From Paramecium tetraurelia (Eukaryota), in assembly GCA_000165425.1 (NCBI GenBank), contig CT867997.1, forward strand, positions 62,001 through 126,000: a DNA stretch of 64,000 nt, read 5' to 3'. The position numbers were made by a program, and so were the translations under genes. The notes beneath the pieces were generated by a model, which searched no databases, was not told where the DNA came from, and saw only the letters and a program-made list of their open reading frames with translations. Positions 54,401-64,000 of the stretch are shown piece after piece. Position 1 is the stretch's first letter. Every line of letters begins with the position of its first letter.

Positions 54401-54599
54401 TAAGTGGAGTAAGGGATGTCTTTGAATTGAATAACCATAATGTCGCTGTACCTTTTGAAAAAATTATAGTCTGAGGTATAATAACATCACACTTTATTTT
54501 CTTTTTTGTAAACATCTCTAAAAAGTAAATTGGCGAAGTTAAATGAATGTAATTTTCATCCCTTTTGTCAAAAAACACAGATTTCTTTTTCTCATTCAT
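51479..54599 (-). CDS. Large hypothetical protein with C-terminal alpha/beta-hydrolase-fold domain
   Basis: Starts MNEKKKSVFFDKRDENY; Cys motifs CVGDFC and VKICKNCFVVYS; C-terminal IFLGDFFD..LLMNLPGQS..FIGYGYGG..GLLIINAF..LYHGLKNCVV..NFGHKL. Confidence 0.65.
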
Positions 54600-54766
54600 T
54601 TTAACAAATAATATTTATATTTTTATAACATATTATTTATTATTCTCCTCAATTCTTTAAAGAAAGAAGAGTTAGAAGAGTTAATGAACAAATCAAATTC
54701 TCAGAAAAAATTCATTAGTTTTAAATATTAATAGGTCATGGAGAGACTAAGTCTTTACGCATTTTA

Positions 54767-56880
54767 TCATTATTGCTCCCTTTAGTTTAGATGATTTTAG
54801 TATTCCTCAATAATCCTCTGCATGTGTTTTAATTTTTGCTAAACATATTAACAAAGTAGTAATACCTCTTTATGTCCTAATTCATCTCTTAATTAATCCT
54901 AATTTGATTTCCTATTACTATAATCTTGCATCAATTCAGGACGATTCACAATTCTGTATTCATATTTATAATTACCCTGTTTATTGCTTTAATTTAAGAT
55001 TTTCAGTTCTTAATTTATCCTTGTAGACTTTTTATTCTCCTAAACTCTTACGTAATCCATCTAGAGTATCCTTCTTTTTATCTAAATTTATTGATAAATT
55101 GTGTTACAATTAATCTTTTCTTAATCCTAGAACTTTTATCCAACATGGCCTAATTTCTCTCTAGTATGAGAGAACATTAACACAGATTTCATATTTTTAT
55201 TTTTCTATTTTTAAAGATCTTCATTCCTTTCCTCAATTTTTTCATTTAAAGTTTGATTCTCGATCTTTAATTATTCAAAATCAATTAGATGTAAACCTTC
55301 TGCTAATTCTTCTTTCTTTTTCAATTATTATTATTATTTGGTTAAAATATTTCTCTATCTTAATGCATCAAGTCTTAATTCTTACAAAGTTTTATTTCTG
55401 GCAGATTCTTACACCTCCCATTCAACTATTCTAGCTTCTGGTATTTATTTATTTGTTCTAGAATAGGCAGCTTTGAGTGCAACTTGTCTCCTCAAATCCA
55501 AAAAGGCCTATCTTATTTCATTACATTTTTATGATTTTTCATTTAATTTTGATTGTAATTCTTAGGCCATCTAATTGTATCTGTCCTATGTTTATTAGAG
55601 ATCTAATCTAATTTAATGCACATATGCTAAAGTATTTAAATATTTATGTTCACTCATAGTCATATCCACAATTTTATCAACATAAACTTCTTATTTATTT
55701 CTAATTTATTTAATTTTTTATTATAAATTGACATTATGATCATAAAGTTCATCATGTTATTTTTGTGCTTCAGCAATAGCAATTTCCAATTCATCTTTAA
55801 TATCCTAATTGGATATATCTTTAAACATGTAATTTTTCTGAACTAGCTCATCTTCCTTTTAATTTTCATCTTAGGACAAATTATCTTTATATTAATCATC
55901 TAATTTTTAAATAGGGGGATCTTATAGATTTTATTCGTCTTATTCATCTTATTATTGAGATTGTTATGCCTCAGATTCTACTGGAGCATATCTTGGATCA
56001 GGGTAGTAGATGACTGGAATTCTCAGTTTTAAATCTACATGCTTTAAGTTTAGTTTTTCTCTTGTGCTTTTCATGTAAGGAATTGATTCTGGTGACTTCC
56101 TAGTATACAAATCAATGTATTATCTGATATCATATGTGCATGGTTATCCCTGATTTCCTATTTTAGCAATAAAGCATTTAGTTTATCTATCAAATTCAAT
56201 ATGTTCAGGCCCTATCTTATTGTTTTCATTTTTATCAGATACATTACTAGAGTCACTTGTAAATGGCAATATTTATAAGGCATAAACACCAACTTCATCT
56301 TCAAGCATCTTTCCATAGACTAATATACTTCCATCATTGCTATCTTCAATTTTAGTAACACATAAATCTTTATGACTTACAAGATACACAATAGCAACTT
56401 AGTTATCATCACATGACACACCAACGGAGATGTGATTCATTTCATTAGAAAGTAATATTTTCCTATCTTCTTCATCTTCAAAGAACAATTAACCAATTTC
56501 CATGAAATAATCATAGATAACTTAAGCATCAGGTATTGTATCTTCTTCAAATTTGGAAACAATGTAAATCAATTTAATATCATCCAATATCTTTTCATTA
56601 TACTTATAAAATCCGATTCTATTTAAATGATTAACTAATACAATTTCTTCAATTCAGCTTCTGTGTGATCATTTTCAAGCAAATGAGATGCATACCTTTC
56701 TGCCACAAAATCAGTTATCAATTCGATGTATAATTAATTCAGTTTCTTCTGTCTTCTAATTAGATTCACATTTTCTAATAAATCCCTCTTAACCTATCTT
56801 AAGACTTTCTCCGAATCGTATTCATCAATATCTCCTTCATTTTAATCACTATTACTTTGATTTGGAGCTTATTCACTCAT
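54767..56880 (-). CDS. CCDC96: CCDC96/CFAP184 (DUF4201) ciliary coiled-coil protein with N-terminal CAP-like domain
   Basis: KKKEELAEGLHLIDFEQLKIENQTLNEKIEERNE is the CCDC96 signature; long N-terminal extension. Confidence 0.85.
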
Positions 56881-56924
56881 TTCTGTCAATTGGATTATTA
56901 ATATTATCTAAACTATTAATAAAA
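56881..56924. promoter_or_regulatory. Very short divergent intergenic region (probable bidirectional promoter)
   Basis: Only 44 bp separate the ATGs of the head-to-head CCDC96-like and Rab2 genes. Confidence 0.5.
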
Positions 56925-57836
<912 letters not shown>

Positions 57837-58159
57837 AAATTAAGTAATTTATTTAAAAAAATTTTATGTGTTTATACAAAGACATATAGGTAGCTTACCA
57901 ATTTTATATATAATTCTTTAAATAACTCGTTTGCTATTAATTTATGTAAGGATAAGTTTAAAATTCGATCATAAATTTTGATCATATAATAATGTAATTG
58001 TTGATTTTATCATTTTGTAAATTTAATAAATCAAATTCTGGAATAATTAACTAATAATTAGGTATATGTCTATACTGATTAGTAATTATTCATTACCAAT
58101 CTATTTGGCATCAAACTAACTATAAAATTATATATTACAATAAAATTTATATATATATT

Positions 58160-60872
58160 ATGAATTAAAAGGAGATTGCCAAAGAAGTCTTAGCTGTTTC
58201 ATTGCACATTGCAGACGCAGAAAAATTTGACTTTGAAGATTCTAAAAAGAGAATGCAACTGTTAACTGAGTCTGTCCTCAAAACAAGTAGATTATTGACT
58301 TAAATGTAGATCTATTGAGGCAAAAACCTAATAAAAATTGCAACTAAACTGTTGATTTAGAGTTTTAATAAATTGATAATCTAAAAGATTTGCTACCTCA
58401 TTTGGCGGAATGCAGCAATTTGCGTGAAGTATTATGATAATGCATCAATCAAGTTAATTTTACATGGTAATCGTTTACATACCTTACCTGAAGATCTCTC
58501 AACTTTGAGCACTGTTGAAACCCTAGATATCTCCAATAATCTCTTTGATAATGTAATTGCTTTAACAATCTATATAGATCCTTCCCATAATCAAAGCTTT
58601 GAAAACTATGCCAAAATTAATACATCTATAGATTGGATTGAGAAATGTCAATGAAGAGAAATATGTTATCCAATAGCTTCCCAATCTAATCACACTTAAC
58701 AATAGAAGACTTAAATTTTTCGATCAACTTGATAGCGAGAGACTGTCTGAAAAACAATCAGCAAGATCTGAAAAATCATGTTAAAGTGAAGTCACTTTCA
58801 ATTAAGAAGATGTGGACAATGTGGAAGTACTTCATTATCTAATTAAGTTAAAAGAACCTTTTTAATTAAATTTGTAATTTGGAAAATACTTCCAATCAAA
58901 AAAAAACACATTCTCCTTAACTGGCTGACCATGTCAAAGATGTGATGACAGATTTTTAAACAAAAGTTCAACAAACACATTCCAAACACTTTCTTGATAC
59001 CCATATTCTTAAAGTAATCTTAATTAATCTACCTAGGCCAAATTTGATTTATATCAGATCTGTTTCAGAGAATTAATTGATTATTTTCGTAACAATAATA
59101 ACAAACTAGAATAAGTCTTAAAGGCTTTGCAATAGGAACATTCAAATATCTTTAATGATTTAACAAATGTCATTTACAATCTAAGAGATTATAAAAAAAT
59201 ATCAAAAGAAACGCATGAAATTGAATAACTTATCTAAGAAAGTGAAATTGTGAAATCTTAAAATAAAGAAATTCAACTTTTTAAAGAAGAGCATGATCGT
59301 CTATTAAGTGAAAACAATAAAATTTTGTAGTAGAAAGATTAATTGTATGAGCTGCTTCAACCTTTACAACTTCAGGTCAATACTTTATAGAAAGAGATAC
59401 AAAAATTGGAATAAGAGAAAGAAAATCTCAATAACATAATTTCTTAATTAGAATATTAATTTGCTTAATAATAATAGCAATTACAGCAATCTAATAGAGA
59501 TAGCTCTAAATAAATTTAATCTGCAAACCAATCCTTTTAAGACATTTAGTCCTTTTCTAATTTATAAACTCAATAAGTTGTAATGCTTGTTAAAGCAACT
59601 TAGACTGAAAATCAACAATTGCTCGAAAAGGAAAGCCAAACATTTAACGAAGAGGAAAATGCTATTTTAACTAAATCCATAGACATGTAGTCATTTCAAT
59701 AAGAATCTGAAGATAAATCTTAAAATGATTAACAATAAGAAAACAAAAAATACTTAGAAACTATAGTTAGAAGTTCAAAAGTCGAAAAATCTTCCAATAT
59801 TATGTCTGAAATCAGTTACAAATAGACTGAAAGCCCCAGTTTCGTTGAGAGGAGGAGATAAAAAGCTTTATCAGATTTCCATCTTTTAGTTTAGCCTTAA
59901 TCATTTAGACCATTAACTCTAAAATAACTCAAAGAGATCATTTAGGACATTTATGAGAGCAAATAAAAACATGATATTCGACAATACGAGAACAGATTGC
60001 CTCTAGAAACTATCGAATAGCATATGTACACTTACCTGTATTATAAATATGGATTAAGAGTATTTAACATATATTAAAAGTAGAACTTAGCTTTAGAATG
60101 GGTTGCTTGCATAATTAATGCAATATAGAGATATGTTACTGAAGACAATGATGTTGCTGTATTTGGATTAATGCTTAAAAATAATTTAGATGAAGATTTT
60201 AGATTACTGCAATCTACACGTAAATAAAAAATTGAGCATATACTCTATGTAATTTTAGTAATCTAAATTTAGATCATTTTGTAGGCTAAATATAAGACAA
60301 AGCCAGTCGCAGAAATTAAGGAGATGGTTAAACAAAAAGTGGCAGGATATATAACTCACCAAGAAGTGGTGGATATTTTGAAAAGCTTTCTTGAGGAGGA
60401 GGAAAAAGATACTATACTAAATCTATTAAAGATGCATTAAATTAAAACTGCCATCAGTGTAAGTCCAATTAGAAAAGTCAATTAAATAGAATAACAAAGT
60501 AGACCAAGTGCTTAAAAAGAACCAATTAAATATGAATTTTCTGTCTTTATAAAGATTCTTCTTGAATTCTTTATGAATCTCTATCAATAATATTTAGCAA
60601 ATTTATATGTAGTATTTGAGTCGGTTGATCATGATAAAGATGGAATTATCAATCAAGTATTTATTGATTTTGATTATGTTTAGTAATAATTTTTTAAATT
60701 GACTGAAAGCATAAAGCCTAATTTGAAGAATGAAGAATGCACTCAAATTTATGAAACATTAGATCCATTTTAAAATGACTAAATAACATTTTCATAAATT
60801 GTTAGAGTGTTCAAAAATCTTTAATTGTAAAATAAAAATGTAGATCTAATACAATAGATATCTGTAGTTTGA
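58160..60872 (+). CDS. LRR + coiled-coil + TSNAXIP1-like/EF-hand protein
   Basis: LRRs (LRELILHGNRLHTLPEDL, VETLDISNN), LTLKQLKEIIQDIYESK..HMYTYLYYKYGL..DNDVAVFGLML, EF loop DHDKDGIIN. Confidence 0.72.
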
Positions 60873-61092
60873 ATATTTATTGAACATTTAATGTTATTTG
60901 ACAATAAATTATTATAATTATAACAGATTTTCACTTCAATAAATCAGAAATTAAAGTATAAACCAATAAGGATATTCTTTTCAAGAAGTTCCAAATTCTG
61001 ATTGAAATTTGCTTCTTATTTATGAATATTTTCAATAGAATTTGTATTTTTTTTGTGATAAATAAAAAAATAAATTGAATTTATATCATTCT

Positions 61093-62053
61093 TCAATAAT
61101 AATCTGAATCTTTGTCGCTTACAGTAGAAATAATAGCTCTTGGACTATCCATATTTTTTTATGGTTTAGTTCCAACTTTTTAAACAGTTTATGTTTTAAT
61201 CACAGACAATTTCCTTTTTTTTAAGCTTTCGATTTCTGTTTCTTTCATGGTACACTCCTCCTCACATTCATGATATAAATTATTCAGTTCTTTAAACTTT
61301 TTTTTCCATTCCTCCAATTCTTTTTGATATTTATTGAATTCTGTTGAACTCTCTTCAGATATCTCTATGAGCTTTTCTTCTATTTCTTGGCTTCTAATTT
61401 TTAATCTAGTTATCTCTTCATCTTTATTTTTTAAAATGGCTTCCAATTTTTCAACTTCATTTTATAATTCTAGTTTTTTAGCCACATTATCCACTTTCAA
61501 AGTCCTTTTATCTGTCATCGAGTAATTTCCTTTGTTAAGCTTATCCTATAAGGCTTTTAATTCTCTGTTATACATAATTTCCTTTGCCTTCCAAGGTCTT
61601 AGGATTTCTTCAACGCTTTTTAGTTAATACGGTCTTTATCTATGATGATTTTCATGCATATAGTTTTATGGAATATGTTATACAGATTAGACTTTCGAAT
61701 ATGTAGTTGGAATATTTTAAGTTTATGCTTAAGGGTTTCTAATTTAAGGTTAATTAGTCTAAAACGGGAAACCTTTCTAAAATACAATATTTTTTGTGAT
61801 TTCCTTATGATCAATAAAATTTGATTACTTGTCGAGGCGTGTTGTGATCTAACACAATAGGATCAGACCCATTATTAACAATAAGTGTTTGAGGCTTGTT
61901 TGTAATTGGATCCCACGCACCCAATGTCTGCTTGCCTTAATATTCATTTCTAGCTGAAAGTGGGTTGTTGAATCCCACTCCATATCTATCTGTTAATGCC
62001 TTTCTATCATCATTTACTTAGCGTAGCTCTTATAATTCTCTCAAAGTGAGCAT
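61093..62053 (-). CDS. Hypothetical coiled-coil protein
   Basis: MLTLRELQELRQVNDDRKALTDRYG...; includes supplied ORF 61189-61446; TGA at 61093-61095. Confidence 0.72.
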
Positions 62054-62104
62054 ATATTTATATGGTTGAATAAAATTAAATAAATTTATTAGTGTTTTAA
62101 TTAT

Positions 62105-63601
62105 TCAAAGAATATAACTATGTTTTGTTTTACTTTTTGCTTCTTCTTAGATATTCTTTTTGGATTGCAATTATCTAAACAATCTACTTTACAAATTAAT
62201 TGACATGTTTAATTTAATGTTATGATTGTTATTAAAATATGAAGTACTTTGATTATTGCTATTCTGATTACTGAATCCAGAATAGTTCTCATCACCTCTT
62301 GTTTACATTTGCTAACTAAATGATAGAATATCAATTTTACCTTAATCTAGGTCTATTATTATTATGAGAACTATCTTCAATTCTATCGACTGAATTACTA
62401 ATGGTATATCTGAATTCTTTCAGTTCCTCTTTTATTTAGTTAACTTAAAATGCCACAATCAGTAAGGTTATATTATCACTACTCTTTTTATAGATAGCTT
62501 CCTTTAATACGGAATCGACAGATTAACTTAAAAGAGAATGCAAATTTAATTTATCATTATTTCTTAAATCTTACCATATAATATCAATTACTTCCTCTGA
62601 ACTCAATTTATCAAAAATGCCATCACCTAAATGATAATTTGATATATCTTACATCCCAAAGCAACAAAGTCATGCTCCGAGTTTAATTTAAGGATTTTTA
62701 TTTCAGGTTCTGATATAACAACTCTTGAATTACCTCCGAACTACTCCAATTTAGCTTCAATATCCCCAAAAGTACGAGACACTGATAACCTCCCTGGCAT
62801 AACTCTTATTGGTCCAATTATTTATTCTCCATCTTCATTCACTCCATGGGTTTGATATATCTTTCCCCCTCCTTTTTATATCCTCTCTATTTCAGTCTCT
62901 GGTTTGTGATCAATAGATAAATTCGTTACTTTTTTCCCCTTCTATGAACTCATTACAGCTCTACTGTCTCCCACATTTGCCACATAACAGACTTCTCCAA
63001 CTACCAAACAAACTATTGCACAAGATCCACTTCTCTCAGGTATACCTTTTTAAAAGGAATTCAAAGCATAAGCCAAAAAGTGAGTCTCAGCTGCTTCAAA
63101 TCCTTTTTTAATGGCAGCAACTGGATTCCAAGGAAATTCAGATTCTTTTATAACAAATTGATGTAAGTTGTCTCTCAAAAAATCAGCACAAGTAGACCCT
63201 CCGTGACCATCATAGACTCCAAAAAATGAACATTTTGGCCAATTTTCACTTGCTCGATCTGATGGTTTCACTATATTCAAAATTATTGAAACTCTATCTT
63301 CATTGTAATCTCTAATTAATCCTTAATTTGTATTTGCAGCATAAGCCTTAATTATGCCATTTCTACCAGATGAACATTTCGATGGTTCATAGTTTGGTAA
63401 AATAGTACATTTTCTAACTGATTGATCCACCAAACTTGAGAAATTTTATTCAATGGTTTTTCTTCTTGCTTGTTTTTCCATCGGAGATACATCTTATTTT
63501 TCTTAAATTTTAGCCTGGAATTCAAAAGGCCTCTTGGGATTTGTATCTTTCCTTAAATATTTATTCAAAAATGATGGAGTATCTCTGTTCTTTTAATTCA
63601 T
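62105..63601 (-). CDS. Protein phosphatase 2C
   Basis: RDYNEDR, FFGVYDGHGG, YVANVGDSRAV, DHKP, GRLSVSRTFGD, LGCDGIFD, SDNIT. Confidence 0.95.
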
Positions 63602-64000
63602 TAGTTGTGAAAAAATTTGAATTTATATTTTACAATTATATCATCAACGGATATTAAGCAATCAATTTTACAAAATTAAGCAGCATAGATACTTAAATAT
63701 TACTTCATTGCTTCATTTCAATACTCCTTTCTTTAATATCATGAACCAAGTTAATAAAATTAAATTAGGAAATAAATATAAAAATGAGAATGTAAAGTGG
63801 AAGAAATGGATTAAATGACAAAAAATAATCGTAATAAAAAGACTTAAACTTAGAAGACAAAGAAGATCAATTAAAATAACAAAAGAAAAGCTCAAAAGTT
63901 ATTCAAAATGCTTTATAGAATGAAAAATAAGACAAATGAATTTTTATTTATTACACAACTTTGAAGCTTAATATCAATTTTTAAAGAAAGCCATTATGAA

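Noticed and set aside
42222..56880. Clustering of several pseudo-enzyme genes as one functional system
   Set aside because: They are interspersed with unrelated housekeeping genes, share no motif or orientation, and ciliates lack operons, so the proximity is probably chance

Overview
Very AT-rich, gene-dense eukaryotic DNA using the ciliate genetic code (TAA/TAG = Gln, TGA = only stop) with tiny 20-31 nt GT..AG introns. This fits Paramecium (aurelia-like) macronuclear DNA; the species cannot be resolved from sequence alone. The supplied ORF track uses the standard code, so most of it is fragments or antisense shadows; I re-translated by hand with code 6, and gene ends are my best reading. About 35 genes are supported. 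Recognisable ones: ARID2/Rsc9-like, NDK, COQ10-like, an EF-hand repeat protein, an ERK-type MAPK, cyclin L, CFAP410, RMND5/GID2, a YTH protein, DSS1/SEM1, a BAG6-like UBL protein, RAE1-like, a CAMK-type kinase, an archaeal/plant-type RNase HI, a Cys-rich surface protein, THOC7-like, CCDC96/CFAP184, Rab2 and PP2C. The left 10 kb holds decaying genes (kinase, WD40/pentapeptide, a frameshifted coiled-coil gene). The most interesting items are intact genes with altered catalytic or ligand sites: a coiled-coil CobB-like sirtuin lacking the catalytic His, a P-loop-degenerate kinesin, a YTH domain with an altered cage, a CAP-like domain fused to CCDC96, and a nucleophile-less alpha/beta hydrolase domain. 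No rRNA, tRNA, CRISPR array, telomere or recognisable transposon was seen.
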